Positions 12,900-26,884 of a stretch of DNA of 64,000 nt are shown piece by piece. The DNA lies in assembly GCF_000143415.4 (NCBI RefSeq), contig NW_003314460.1, positions 1 through 64,000 on the forward strand, written 5' to 3'. The notes below the pieces were generated by a model. It was not told where the DNA came from. It saw nothing but the letters and a program-made list of their open reading frames with translations, and searched no databases. A program made the translations under genes and the position numbers. This stretch comes from Selaginella moellendorffii. Its lineage: Eukaryota; Plantae; Lycopodiophyta. The first letter of the stretch is position 1; each line of letters opens with the position of its first letter.

Positions 12900-14053
12900 T
12901 TTCTCTTTTTTCATATTATCAACAAAAGTATATACAAATTTATATGACTATTAATACAATCATCAATGATTAAACATATTGAGATTTCAATTGGCTCAAA
13001 TGTAGTCTAAGATTTATGTAATATCATAAATTTTCTAACATTTTTTCTTACATTGTAATTATACATGACAAAAATAATAAGGTATAAATATCATTGAGAC
13101 AACATTAGTACAACAACCATCTAAAGAAATGTGATTCACCATCAATTGAACTTTAATTATATTAAATCTATCTATATACCAATTATGAATTTTCTGGTAT
13201 TTTATATTTTTAGAATAAAGAAAAAGTTTATATATCATTATTACCTCAATATAGAGTAAAACCTTACCATTCATTTATCATTATAAAATATCAGCCTTTA
13301 AAATATTGTAATAAAGCTTTAATTTTAAATATAAATCCATGAAATAGAGAGATAATAACTTATTTTACATTAGCATTCTCTCTATTAAAAAACACATACA
13401 GAAATAATGCTAATGATATAAAGTAGAATACTTCTAATATTAAATATTACTCTCAAAATGTAAGAATATAAGTATTAGGAATAAGGGAATATCAAAGATA
13501 AATATGTAATATTTTGAAATTATTCTAAAAAATATAGTATCATGAAATTTCAAAACTTTCAATCTAAAGAGATGAAAAATAAAACTCCATAAAAATTGTT
13601 ATATTTTTTTAATTTTATAAGATGTATATAGTTTAAGTGAGTTTTAAATCTTTATTTTTGAAATCATTATACTTTAGTGTCCTTAAGAAACACATTTTTT
13701 ATTAAGCAGAAAAATTGTAGATCAATTATATGGAGATTTCAAATAAAAAAATAGTTACCAAGCCTCAATATTTAATTGACTCATCTGGCCATGGAATCCC
13801 ACAGCGAAAAATTCCATTTATAGAAGATCATGCAGCACTAAGAGTTTTAAATGTTATATTATGTATAAGTTAAATTTATTATATTATTTATTATGTTATA
13901 TTTGTAGAAGGGATTTTGAATATAAATATTATATTATGTTATGTTAACTATGTATGTTATAATTATGATTATATTAAAATTATAATTATGATTTCAACTT
14001 TTTGAAATACTAAAATATCAAGAATAAACACGATGCTCCCAGACTTTTGCTAG
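12900..14053 (+). mobile_element. Helitron 3' region, unit 1 (hairpin half-deleted, CTAG kept)
   Basis: AT-rich block homologous to ~23000-24401 and ~30450-31658 (shared gactcatctggccatgg). Ends CTCCCAG-ACTTTTG-CTAG|T at 14053. Confidence 0.7.
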
Positions 14054-14270
14054 TACTCCCTTATTTAAACGTGCTATTGGCATATGGCATCCGGCGTCTT
14101 TTATTCCATTTTTAGAATATTATTTCTGAATATACCTATAATCTAACGGTTCAAATTCAAAAACTTCAAATAGATGGCATAGATCAAGTGCCAAAGGGGT
14201 GGCAACTCTTCAATTTTTTAATGACGATCCAAATCAAGAGAAAAAATTTAGGGCGATTGGGCAGATTGTG

Positions 14271-14272
<2 letters not shown>

Positions 14273-14350
<78 letters not shown>

Positions 14351-14355
14351 TGTGT
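14273..14355. repeat. Compound microsatellite (CT)n(GT)n
   Basis: Seen directly. The equivalent position in the sister units is (GT)n at ~24634-24666 and (CT)n at ~31880-31906. Confidence 0.95.
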
Positions 14356-15206
14356 GCTGAAATTTTCTATTTGCTGCGTTTGATCAGACTGGCTGGGGAC
14401 TGATGAGCCGGCCGTGCAAAAAAAGTGACCGTGACAAAGATGGTCTTCCCAATCCTTACGAGCACCAGTCCCAAGTGAGTGTTCTATTCATTGTCGTTTA
14501 GAAAAAAAAAAAAAAGAAATTTTTTCCTGTGGTTCTTGCTTGTCTGATTTCTCTGATTAGAGCTCGCAGGTGGATTTGCTGCTGAGCTTTTGCNNNNNNN
14601 NNNNNNNNNNNNNNNNNNNNNNNNNNNNNNNNNNNNNNNNNNNNNNNNNNNNNNNNNNNNNNNNNNNNNNNNNNNNNNNNNNNNNNNNNNNNNNNNNNNN
14701 NNNNNNNNNNNNNNNNNNNNNNNNNNNNNNNNNNNNNNNNNNNNNNNNNNNNNNNNNNNNNNNNNNNNNNNNNNNNNNNNNNNNNNNNNNNNNNNNNNNN
14801 NNNNNNNNNNNNNNNNNNNNNNNNNNNNNNNNNNNNNNNNNNNNNNNNNNNNNNNNNNNNNNNNNNNNNNNNNNNNNNNNNNNNNNNNNNNNNNNNNNNN
14901 NNNNNNNNNNNNNNNNNNNNNNNNNNNNNNNNNNNNNNNNNNNNNNNNNNNNNNNNNNNNNNNNNNNNNNNNNNNNNNNNNNNNNNNNNNNNNNNNNNNN
15001 NNNNNNNNNNNNNNNNNNNNNNNNNNNNNNNNNNNNNNNNNNNNNNNNNNNNNNNNNNNNNNNNNNNNNNNNNNNNNNNNNNNNNNNNNNNNNNNNNNNN
15101 NNNNNNNNNNNNNNNNNNNNNNNNNNNNNNNNNNNNNNNNNNNNNNNNNNNNNNNNNNNNNNNNNNNNNNNNNNNNNNNNNNNNNNGGGTTATAAGGACA
15201 CCTTGG

Positions 15207-15360
15207 ATGGCAATGAGATTCAAGGTATTCGTCTAATGCTTTGAAATTTCTCCCACGGGTCTCGGTCATCAAGGCTTTCTCGTCAACTGATTAGGCCGAA
15301 AGAGTTGACATCACAGCCAATGCTGTTCATCTAGGGTTTATGATGACACCTTTGATGCGG
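15207..15360 (+). pseudogene. Short-chain dehydrogenase (TIC32-like) fragment
   Basis: MAMRFK|gt..ag|AERVDITANAVHLGFMMTPLMR, paralogous to 34268-34380. Confidence 0.75.
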
Positions 15361-16970
15361 TACAAGAACATTGAAGAGTAAATATGATAAAAGGTTGGCT
15401 TAATTTAGCAACTTATGAGAACTATCTAAGTTCGTTAGGTAGAGATGGCTACGGCTAAGCAGACGATCAGGAGGACTCCACCACAGTACCTTTTTTTTAA
15501 CAAACAAATCACAAATGTTCGGGTTCACTCAATTTAAGCAGCTGGAGGTGAAAACCACAAGCTCTCAACACTGCCATTCGGTACTTGTTGACCTGAATGT
15601 AGACCTGAAGCCCCGCCTGGGACAAGCTCTGTAATGAGTGGAAAGTAAGCTCAATACATTATAGCAGCAGCTCTCATATACCAGCCAGCTGTAGCGCACA
15701 TGCAGCCAATAGCAAGCACGCCAAACAACTCCACGAAAATGATCTCTTTGATCCAATCAGGTGACCACCAACAAGGGAAAGAGAAACTGCAAAACAAAGA
15801 AAAGGAGATAGGCAATAAAAACACACAGCAGACAGACACACCTTCATTCAGGTACTATATTTTCCCTTTCCCTTTTTCACTATGCTGTTGCAAACTTGAG
15901 ATAACAAGAGCTCAGCTCAATCACTAAGAGCTTAGCTGATGGATGAAAGCTGACTCACCCTTGTTTTACCTGACAGGTACACTATAGTGCCGTTTTTGTT
16001 TTGTTACTGCTAAGGCGTTCTTAAGGGGGCAGAGGATGATTATTCAGTGAGCGTGAGACAGATGAGCAAGAAAAACGCAAGCGCCTTCACAAGCATTGGA
16101 TCCAAGAGCAGACACACCAAAAAAAGTATTCTCTGGCATTTACATTATCTGGAGATGAGGTCAGACACACACCTACAGCTTACCTCCTGCATTTGCAAAA
16201 GCCCCATTGAAAATGGCGACAAGAAATGTGTCAAATAGCACAAGAGAACTATACAGCTAACTTCCAAAACACTCATTCATTCATATGTAGGCCTTTGATT
16301 TTCAGGTAAATCGGAAATAGATGTTTTGAAAAATGAGAGATGAAAACAANNNNNNNNNNNNNNNNNNNNNNNNNNNNNNNNNNNNNNNNNNNNNNNNNNN
16401 NNNNNNNNNNNNNNNNNNNNNNNNNNNNNNNNNNNNNNNNNNNNNNNNNNNNNNNNNNNNNNNNNNNNNNNNNNNNNNNNNNNNNNNNNNNNNNNNNNNN
16501 NNNNNNNNNNNNNNNNNNNNNNNNNNNNNNNNNNNNNNNNNNNNNNNNNNNNNNNNNNNNNNNNNNNNNNNNNNNNNNNNNNNNNNNNNNNNNNNNNNNN
16601 NNNNNNNNNNNNNNNNNNNNNNNNNNNNNNNNNNNNNNNNNNNNNNNNNNNNNNNNNNNNNNNNNNNNNNNNNNNNNNNNNNNNNNNNNNNNNNNNNNNN
16701 NNNNNNNNNNNNNNNNNNNNNNNNNNNNNNNNNNNNNNNNNNNNNNNNNNNNNNNNNNNNNNNNNNNNNNNNNNNNNNNNNNNNNNNNNNNNNNNNNNNN
16801 NNNNNNNNNNNNNNNNNNNNNNNNNNNNNNNNNNNNNNNNNNNNNNNNNNNNNNNNNNNNNNNNNNNNNNNNNNNNNNNNNNNNNNNNNNNNNNNNNNNN
16901 NNNNNNNNNNNNNNNNNNNNNNNNNNNNNNNNNNNNNNNNNNNNNNNNNNNNNNNNNNNNNNNNNNNNNN

Positions 16971-17310
16971 CACGCTCTTCTCCACTGTAGCTGCCAATGA
17001 CTTGGGCCAGATTGACATGTCGTCTTGGTGAGGATCTCCACCTTTGAGTTTCTTAATGGCAGCAATCAATGTACACAACCAGCACCAAATACGTTAGATC
17101 AAAGCTCGATTTGAGAACAAAGAATATGATAGAATTTAAAGATGAGTGTTGGATACCTCACCTTTCACGTAAAGACGCTGCATGTGAATGCACGACTGGC
17201 CGCTTTGATAGAATCCTTTGTGGACCAGCTTAGCGATTGTACCTTCCAAGTCTGGAACAAGATCTTCCACCATGCATGGAGCATTGCCTCCCAGCTCCAT
17301 AACCACCTGT
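16971..17310 (-). pseudogene. Aldehyde dehydrogenase (ALDH21-like) fragment
   Basis: VVMELGGNAPCMVEDL..., GFYQSGQSCIHMQRL, LIAAIKKLKGGDP. Paralogous to 35790-36150, including the same AT-rich junction sequence beyond it. Confidence 0.8.
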
Positions 17311-17984
17311 AGGAGGAATCAAAGAAGTTTAAGAAAGCGAAGCTCCATCCAAAGGAAGATATAATAGAATATCATTATTTTTTAGAGTCTTTATAAGAAA
17401 AAATTTCTAAATCAATTTTAGTCTTCAACAATAGCATTTTCTACAACATCCATCTTACAACTGATATAAATCCCAGCTGAAAATATGTTTCCTTTTCAAT
17501 AATTTTTATTAAAAATAGTTTTATATTTTATGTAGATAATGGTATTCTATAGTATTTAAAAAAGCCAAAAATTTCTTACAGTTAGAAGGAAGTAGTGGTT
17601 CTTGCAATATAAAATATATTTTAATTATTCATATATATATATAGTATTATATACCAAATGACAACGAGCCATTCTATATAGAACTAGCCCTAATCATCAG
17701 AACTGCTCACGAGAAACGAGAGTTGTTTGGTGTACCAGGCTTTGTCATTAAGGTGTGAGAACTGGATTCCACCGCTGTAAAAGGCAATATGCGCAATGGA
17801 GGAGAGATTGACAAACACTGTCCTTGGTCTCCTTCATTTTGTCCATGAGCAAGTTTGTGAGAAGAAAATGGCCTAGACATCACAACAAGATAGAAAAGAT
17901 ACCTGAATAGATGTATACTCAGAAAATCATGGAAATCTTCTGATCAAGTTCGAATTTTTCCTCATACCTTGTAAAGTTCCATCA

Positions 17985-18125
17985 CTTTGGAGGTGAGCTT
18001 GGAAGCATCATGCCAGGTATGGCGACTCGACTTTATGGTGTTGTCTGAGTCTCCTTTTGGACAGGGCATGGGCATTTTTCCTTGAGTGGTTACGTTCATT
18101 GGTGGAAATATTGCCTTCATTTCTT
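17985..18125 (+). pseudogene. Amidohydrolase-3 (LAF3-like) C-terminal fragment
   Basis: ELGSIMPG..DFMVLSESPF...TFIGGNI resembles the GSLxPGKxADFVVLS...TxVGG C-terminal motif; frameshifted. Confidence 0.6.
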
Positions 18126-18164
18126 AAGGCGTTATTCCATAATTATTTTATCTTTTAAATATAG

Positions 18165-18390
18165 CATATTTGCGAGAAGATTGGTGAGGACAAAGCAGCC
18201 AGAATCATCAAGCAGCTGGTAAAGACCTTCAAATAGATTTATTTGAGAGGTGTGGTTCACCAGGATCTCAAGCTAGACAACATTCTTTCCAAGCTAAACA
18301 TGTGCGACAAAGTGGTGATCAGCACCTTTAGGAGATATCACAACAGCAAAGTACATGGCAGCTGAGGTGGTGGAAAACAAGGATTGGAGC
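18165..18390 (+). pseudogene. Ser/Thr protein kinase fragment (CAMK/PPCK-like)
   Basis: EDKAARIIKQLVKTFK*IYLRGVVHQDLKLDNIL...YMAAEVV covers the catalytic loop and an APE-like motif, with an in-frame stop. Confidence 0.7.
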
Positions 18391-19370
18391 TCTACATGGC
18401 AGCCTACTCTACTTTCTTACAGACAAAGCCATAAACTGTTTTTAAAAAAGCCATTTCTGAAGGAATAAGACAGCATTAAATAAACTGTTATGTATGTACG
18501 TGTTTATAGACACAACTTTGAAGCCATGAGCTTGGTTTGATTCGGTACATGATATTTGTACATTAACTCAGGGCATAGAAATGATTTCCGTGTTTGATTT
18601 TATTTAGTGTTTCGCTCTCTGTCGTAAAGGTATTAGGTAAAAAGCAAAAAAGTCCATATGTCATTCCAGAAGAGTTTTCTACAATATTCATCTTAAAATT
18701 AATATAAATCATAGTTGTAAATATTTCTTTGATAAATGTTTTAATAAATAGTTGGTATATTTGTGTTGTAAAAACATACTATATTTATATTACTCGAAAC
18801 ATTTATTAAATATTAATATATTTTTCTTTATATATTAATATGATATCTAATTAGATAGTATTAATTTTTATATTCTCTGAAATATAAGTATCAACAATGT
18901 ATATTTTTAAATGTAAAACCAGACACATAATAAAAATTCTAATATTCTTTATTAAACTATGAAAGTTAGAGGCATCAGATAAAAACAATTTACCTCAATA
19001 TGCAATCAAAATTATAATTTCCAAAAACTAACCTATTTTTTTTTTAGTATATATAATTCTTTGGTTTTGTGAAAAGTCAATTGCTTTTCAAGTACGGCAG
19101 AAATTTTGTAGATGTGTTTAGGTTTGTGTACCTTTTTATATAGGCAATAAAAGAATTTAAATTAAAATTTAATGATGATTAAAAAATAATTTTATCTTCC
19201 CCAACACTTGCATTATTATCTAATTGCATTATTGTCCATTTATTTGGAGATTAATAGTAGTAAAATTAAGATAAACTAAAAAAAACATGCCAAGAGAAAG
19301 CAAAGAAAGAAATAGACTGAACAATTATAATTACATCTACATTTTTTCAAATTGAAAATATTCTCTACTA

Positions 19371-19400
19371 CTCCCAGCGTAGCTGGGATCCTTGCTGACT
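19371..19400 (+). mobile_element. Helitron 3' hairpin (terminal CTAG degenerate)
   Basis: CTCCCAGC-GTA-GCTGGGA-TCCTTG-CTGA. Confidence 0.6.
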
Positions 19401-19668
19401 AAGTAGTTCTATAATGACTAGGTTGTCTATATAGAATGACTGTATATAAAGACAATGAGCCATTCTATACCAAAAATCCCTTTACCATGCCATCCCATTA
19501 AGTGCTCTTACCTCTAGAATGCCCAAATAATATACCAAATTGAACAATTTAAGAAATAGTGTTTTGTTGCAATCACTAAGTAAAAACTAAATAAACCCAA
19601 GTGCTTGTTACATATTGAACTTAAGCAAGTTTTAATAAATTTTTTATTTTAGAATTAGCCTCTAACTA

Positions 19669-19695
19669 TCCCAGCGGAGCTGGGTTCCCTGCTAG
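19669..19695 (+). mobile_element. Helitron 3' terminus
   Basis: TCCCAGC-GGA-GCTGGG-TTCCCTG-CTAG|T. Confidence 0.8.
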
Positions 19696-21499
19696 TATAG
19701 TATAAGAAAATTGATAAACAGGACATGTACATGAAATGTGGAAGCCTGGTGGATTCTCAGCCAGCTTTGACAAGATGGCTTGCCAGAGCGCTGTGTCGTA
19801 GATGTTGCTGATGCTGGGATTGGCAAGAAGGTGGTCTTTGGGGAACATTTGTCACTTGGGACGATCACCACCAGTGTCTGGAGCTGTTTGTTTGTGATGG
19901 TTTTGCCATAAGCCTCTCCACGGTGCTCAAGTTGTGTGGGAGACTGGTGGATCTGTGGCTTGGAGAAGGAGAGGGTCACTCCCAGACGTGTAGAAAGCAA
20001 TGCTGCCGTGTCAAACTTGGTAAAAGTTTTTGGAATCTGACTTTGTTCTTGTGTCAGGATTTCAGGATAAATACAACACAGAGAATAGGCCTTGGCCTTG
20101 CTCTAGAGAGATCTACAAGGCACATAGTTAAATTCATCACATTTGTTTCTGTTATTTTCAACTGCACATCAAGCCAGATGACTGCTCAGATAATTCAAAT
20201 TCTCTGCTTGAGAAAGTTGTGATCGCAACAAACAAGTACTTCAAGCCACCTGGATTGCTGTCAATATTTGATCGTGAGTTAAAAGCTCTTGGATAGATTT
20301 CTTTCACCATTTTTTGCAGGGGCTGGCACTGAAACAAAGTGGCATTGACAAAGAGGCAGCCAATGACTTTACATGTGACTCAAGTTGTGTAGTTTATTAT
20401 CTATAATACTAAGATATATGTGAAATATCAGCTACTCGAGCAACTTGGGGAAGATGAGTATGACACATGTCTTGGAGCTTCCTCTTCATAGTGGCCACTT
20501 CCATCATTAGTAGTACGTGATGAGTGAGAGCGAATGAAATGCCTTTAAAAGAATAAACAGATTTATATAACATATAATATGTATAAGATGGGCGTCTCTA
20601 GCAAAGCTCTCCAGTCGTACCTTGAAGCATTGTTGAAAAAAATGTAAAGAGTAAGACAAGCACCCAGATGACCATTGTGTTTGTGGTGCCATATAACAAG
20701 AGGATCTACCTCCGGAACTAAGTGACTTGTGCAACCTTTCTGAGCCACCCAACTTTGACAACACTTGGGCCATAACAATCCTTTTCTAATGTTTTCTGAT
20801 CAGACAAATTGAATCAAAGAACTTCTTGGATTCATGATTGAAGTTTAGACTATGACCCTTTCCAGGAGTAGTGACAACAGAAGTAAGTTGAGGATTTTTT
20901 TTTCTAGCTTCTTGAGTGTCAGAGATGGTTGCCAGAATCTGGTAATTGAACCTTTATTATTATAGATGTATACTCTTTCTTTTGGTTTTGAAGGTATTCT
21001 TAATCAACCTTGTTGCAAAGACTTATGAAGAGCTCATTGAAGTGCTAAAAGACTTACTGGTGATTAGAGGAGATGATCATTCAGCCGTATTCAAAGCATT
21101 CCTGAGTGTAAAAAAACACTGAGCTTTATCTGTACCAGCATTTTTAAATACATACTCTAACAAATTAATTGTTCTTATTTTAAAATTCATTCTTGACTAC
21201 ATCTCATATTGTTCTCAGGAGGAAATTGCTCACTTGACCAGATCTGCATATGGAGATATTTCATAATAAAAACTCGTGAATGCAAAGTCATTCCTACAGT
21301 CCTCGATGTTCCTTGCTTAAATACGCAAGAAACAATTTTGGATGCTCTAAAAGCCTGGTTACGCTTCTTGATAGTTTCATGTTTCACTCACACCAAGTTT
21401 GTGCTCTGTGACTTGTCTTAATTCTTGGAATTATGTTGAGAAAAGATACGCTCATGGCAACATAAAGCAGCCTGTCTGGATCAGATTAGTTCTTCTTTT

Positions 21500-21880
21500 C
21501 GACTTTACTTTCTTATTCAGACAATGTCATGATCTGTTGTTAGAAGATATTTTTTATGGAATCAGACAGCATTAAAGAAACTGTTGTGCATGTGTGTGTC
21601 TATAGACATACCTTTGAAGCCATGAGATTTGTTTGATTCGGTACATGATATTTGCACATTAACTCAGGGCATAGAAATGATTTCCACTCACATGTGTGTA
21701 TTTGATTTTATTTATTATTTTGCTCGTTCTTGTAAAGATTTTAGGTAACAAAAAAAAAAATGTCTATATGTCATTTCAGATCACAAACCTAAGAACACTT
21801 AGAGGATTCATAAAGAAATGTGCAGGCAGAAAACAGTTCAGAAGAGTGACCTGCACATACAAGAAATCTCTATTCTATTA
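21500..21880 (+). repeat. Diverged copy of the block at ~18400-18670 and ~27250-27630
   Basis: Shared gacagcattaaa..., ttcggtacatgatatttg.acattaactcagggcatagaaatgatttc and (with the 27-kb copy) gagtgacctgcacatacaaga. Confidence 0.8.
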
Positions 21881-22999
21881 TGCTATGCAAGACATATGAT
21901 ATGTGGTCTGTGACACCCTGGATTTCCTGGAAGTTCATGTTATAAAAAAGGAGAATGTAAAATATCTGAATATTTCTTTTCTTCTAAATGTTCTTTCTTC
22001 TTTGGTAGAGTTCTTTTCTCAAACTATTATCGTCAGTAACATCATTCACGGAAACAATGGGATGGAAACCACAAAAAATGCATATTCAAACCGGAGGAAA
22101 TGGTTGACTGTGGCTGTGTCCGAGAAGTGGCTATATGAGCCGAAAACTCAGAAAAGAAACTCGCAAAGAAAGAGAATCATGTGTTAAAAAAAAAGGCTGG
22201 ATGATGAATCCTGGCAGAGCTTTCTCCAGAAAAGCATCCAATCAAGTTTCAAGGGTTCTTTTGAGTGTGGTGTTTCATTTTCAGGACAATGGAAAAGCCT
22301 CCACAGAAAGTTCTTTCACTGCAATCCACAACTCTAAACAGCTTGTTGAAGCTTTAGAGGACCACTGAGAAAGATGATGCTCAACTTGGCGGTTGATCAT
22401 TGCTCCCGCCTGAATTATGGCAAGAAAGCAGGGACCAAGTGGCTTGACAATCACCACTCGCAAAACATACACGAGTTTGAGATGGAGATTGTACGGTTAT
22501 ACAAAAACAATTTGTCTGCACGTCATTCCAATTCACAAACCTAAGAAAACTAGAACATTCATTGTGGATTTTACATCAAGAAATGTGCAAGAAGAAACAA
22601 TCCAGAAGAGTGACCTGCAAAAACAAGGAATCTCTATATTCTATTGTGCTATTGCTATGTTTTCTTGAATACAAAGAAACAACATCTTACCAATAAGAAA
22701 CATTTTCTTGCCATAATGATCTACAGCAGATCTATCACCTATCTATGCTACTGAAATCTAGAGAACTTGCACTAGCTTATGAACAATGGAAATATAAATT
22801 TGGAATTCTGGGAATGGGTAGCAAGAGAAAATAAAAAAATGTGGATGTCATTAGGTGATGTGATTGTACAAGATGTTAATATAATGCAAAAACACATAAA
22901 AAATATGTTAAAGTAGAATATAAAGAAAATAGTGTCTATTAAAATATGATATATTCTAACTTAAAATAGAGGAGTTATTATGTCTAACTGTTGTGTAAA

Positions 23000-24401
23000 A
23001 TATTTTTTTTATCAATAATCTTATGGTACTTTTTAATACTAACATATATGAAATTAAACACATTGAGTTGTCAATTGGCTAAGATATAGTCTAAGATTTA
23101 TATGATATCATAAATTTTCTAAACTTTATCTTATATTGCATTTATACATGAAAAACATAATAAGATATAAATATGATTGAAACAACATTAGTACATGGAC
23201 CATATATCATCAACTGAAATTTAATTGTATCTATTTTGTGAATTTTCTTTGGATCCATCCTATAGAAAGTATGAAATATTTTAGAATTTTTAACGTTTAA
23301 AGAATTATATGTAATTGCAAGCTTTCAAAATATATGAATATAAATATTAGGCAAAAAGGAATATCAAAGATAAATATGTAAAATATTAAGAGTTCTTATC
23401 ATTGTTGAAGAAATAACCCACCATCCCAAAGAATAATAAATTATTCACTATTAACAACAACCAAGCAAAACTCTTAATGAGAACAATCAACTATCACAAA
23501 TGATAGTAGAGTTCTAGCATAAAGAAAAAAATTATATATCAATAAACCTTACTCTACCCCACTTTATAGTAAAACTTCACAAGTCATTTATCATTATAAA
23601 ATTTCAGCATTTATAACATTGTTATAAAGTGTTAATTTTAAATATAAATACATGAATATAGAAAATAATAATGTTATTTCAGATTAGCATTCTCTCTAAA
23701 TAAAATTTAAAAAAATAATGTATGATATATAATAGAATACCTCTAATTTTAAATATTACTCTCAAAATACATGAATATAAATATTAGGCACAAAGGGAAT
23801 ATCAAAGATAAATATGTAAATATTTAAAGTTCTTAGAATAAAATATAAAACATATAAAGGTAACAATTTTCATTTAGTGTTATGCAATTCCAAAACTTTC
23901 AGTCTGAAAAGATGAAAAACTAAACTCCATAATAATGTTTATATTTTTTAAATTTACAAGATGTATATTTAAGTGAGTTAAATATATATTTTAACATAAT
24001 TGAAAAAATTTAATAGAATATTTATAATAATTTTTATTAATTATATAGAGAATTCAAATAAAATAAAAAATTAGTTACCAAATCTCAATCTCTAAATGAC
24101 TCATCTGGCCATGGGTTCCCACAATGAGCAAGTCCATTTATAGAAGATCCAAAACTTCACTTAGCAATTAGAGTTTTAAATGTAATATAATGTTATGAGT
24201 TATATTTATTATGTTATGATATGTGTTGGTGATAAAGTCAATTGTAGAAGTGATTTTTAATATAAATATTATATTATGTTTAACTATGTATCTTATAATT
24301 ATGATTATGTTAAAATTTATAATTACGATTACAACTCTTTGAAATTATTAAAACATCATGAATAAATATGATGCTCCCAGCGTAGCTGGGACTTTTGCTA
24401 G
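23000..24401 (+). mobile_element. Helitron 3' region, unit 2
   Basis: AT-rich block ending CTCCCAGC-GTA-GCTGGGA-CTTTTG-CTAG|TC at 24401. Confidence 0.8.
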
Positions 24402-24792
24402 TCATCATGCTCCCTTATTTAAATGTGCTATTGGCATATGGCATCTGGTGTCTTTTATTCCATTTTTAGAATATTATTTCTGAATATACTTATAATCTAA
24501 CGGTTCAAATTCAAAAACTTCAAATAGATGGCATAGATCAAGTGCCAAAGGAGTGGCAACTCTTCAATTTTGATTTTAATGACGCTCCAAATCAAGTGAA
24601 ATCTTTTAGGGCGATCGAGCAGATTGTGAGCTCTGTGTGTGTGTGTGCCTCTGTGTGTGTGTGTGTTTGATGAGGTCTTCATTGCAGAGCACCTCAGAGC
24701 TACAGTCAGCTGTACGTGAAGATCTGAAGCTGCCACCAGTTCAAAAGCTCAGGAAACCGTTGTCAATGGCCACGCGCCAGAAAATGACAATC

Positions 24793-25590
24793 TTTTTTCG
24801 AGTCTCTCAAGTCCCTGTTTGTTCCAGGTTCTCGAGGCTGGAACCACGACTAGAATCAAGGTTTTTCACTCTCTTGCTCTTTGCTATTCTCTTTCGAGGC
24901 TTAAAGTTCCTGTTTGTTCCAGGTGCTCAAGGCTGGAACCAAGAGAAAAAAAAAAAAATTTCGCCCATGGTTCACTTCAGTGGCTATGGCTGGGACGAGT
25001 GCCAGACCAACGATGTGCACGTCTTCGACTTCGGTATAAGTTTCCTCTTCTGGGTTTTCCGGAAAAAATGGTTTTGATCATGTTTTTGGTGGGATCACGC
25101 AGGGATGTACACCTGGAGCAAGCCTGTGATAAAAGGAACGCACCCTTCTCCTCGGGACAGCCACAGCTCCACGGCCGTCGGGTCTAAGCTCTATTTTTTC
25201 GAGTCTCTCAAGTCCCTGTTTGTTCCAGGTTCTCAGAGGCTGGAACCACGACTAGAATCAAGGTTTTTCACTCTCTTGCTCTTTGCTATTCTCTTTCGAG
25301 GCTTAAAGTTCCTGTTTGTTCCAGGTGCTCAAGGCTGGAACCAAGAGAAAAAAAAGAAATTTTCGCCCATGGTTCACTTCAGTGGCTACGGGTGGGATGA
25401 GTGCCAGACCAACGATGTGCACGTCTTCGACTTTGGTATAAGTTTCCTCTTCTGGGTTTTCCGGAAAAAATGGTTTTAATCATGTTTTTGGTGGGACCGC
25501 GCAGGGATGTACACCTGGAGCAAGCCTGTGATAAAAGGAACGCACCCTTCTCCTCAGGACAGCCACAGCTCCACGGCCGTCGGGTCTAAG
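24793..25590 (+). repeat. ~402-bp tandem duplication of the kelch 5' region
   Basis: ttttttcgagtctctcaagtccctg at ~24793 and ~25194. ORF ends 25077/25479 and 25187/25589 each differ by 402. Confidence 0.9.
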
Positions 25591-26860
25591 CTCTATGTGT
25601 TTGGTGATACCAATGGAACCAGCCCGCTTGACGATCTCTTTGTTTTGGATAATGGTAAGCTCCGAGTTCTATCGATTTTTTTTTCTCGTTCTTATCATCC
25701 GATGCAGCTACCAACACCTTGGGGAAACCTGACGTTTTTGGTCCGAGAGAAGGACATAGCGCGTCTCTCATGGTGACAACCTGTTCGTGTTTGGGGGATG
25801 TGAGAAATCCAGCGATCCCTCCTCCATGTTTTGGACACGAGTAATATCCTGTTATCTTTCCTTGTTTTCTTCTAAATTTTTTTTATCCCTGTAGATACTT
25901 TTGTCTGGAAGAAGATTTCTACCACTGGAGTCTCGCCTATTCCTCAGGATAGCCATACCTGCTCTTCCTATAAGAACTGTTTCGTTGTCAAGGACAGTGG
26001 TAATCCAGAAACAATGGCATGGCGGGAGGTAAAGACGACTGGTGCCAAGCTGATGCCAAGAGCCGGGCATACAACAATCAGCCATGGAAAGTATCTCGCT
26101 TGTAGGTAGATTTGTTTCCTGTTGGTCTCTCATGGGGCTTTTACGTATTTTGCAGCGACTGGTGTTTGGGCGACTTCGAATCCCTCTGGTTCTAGGCCTG
26201 CTCCACGTTTCTCCCTTGCAGGAGATTCTGTGGACGCAGAGCGAGGCATATTATTCGTCTATGAGGGATGTAACAAAGAGCTTGAAGCTCTGGATGACAT
26301 GTATTTCCTCGACACAGGTTGGCTTCTTCTTTTATTGACATTGCTGCCATTCTTGACAATATGGTTGCCGTTTTTCTGTGAAGAGATGCTGAGGGAGAAA
26401 GATCCATCAGAACCAAAGCTATCCATGCGTAAGGAACTTAAGAGAAGGTGGCAAAGAGTATCGTGCCATGCCATTCATGCTAGACAAGCAACGGGGATGC
26501 GGACAAGAGCTTGGTTTCATCTCACGGAGGTATCTGCGGAAAACCTTGGACCTCTCCAATTTTTCCCTGTCAAACTCATGCTACAGAGTTTCAAGCTCAC
26601 GTTCAGCCACTAGGCAAGAAGATGTTCGAGGCTAGAGAAAGCGACGTATTCAACTACGGATACATGCTAGAAGCCTCCATCGATGGGAAACTCTTCCGTG
26701 GGCTGCTCTTCTTGTACAAGCCTGGCTTTGCTCAGGCAGTGCAAACTTACATGGCAAGGTTTGTTTCGTTTGATCCTCAGTTACTCTCTAATGCCAGGAA
26801 GGAAAACATCACAGGAGGAAACCACAGGACGTCCAAAAGGCCGTAGTAAAGGCCAAACCG
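24975..26860 (+). pseudogene. Kelch-repeat protein fragment, copy B
   Basis: FSGYGWDECQTNDVHVFDF, YTWSKPVIKGTHPSPQDSHSSTAVGSKLYVFG, PRFSLAGDSV and YGYMLEASIDGKLFRGLLF; contains deletions and frameshifts. Confidence 0.88.
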
Positions 26861-26884
26861 TGTGTATGCAGCTGCATTGGGTTG

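Noticed and set aside
15445-15600. MATAKQTIRRT resembling the histone H3 start MARTKQTARKS
   Set aside because: Only ~11 codons with half identity and no recognisable histone fold after it; too weak to call.
1178-17078. 100-260 aa ORFs made of X
   Set aside because: Artefacts of the N runs.
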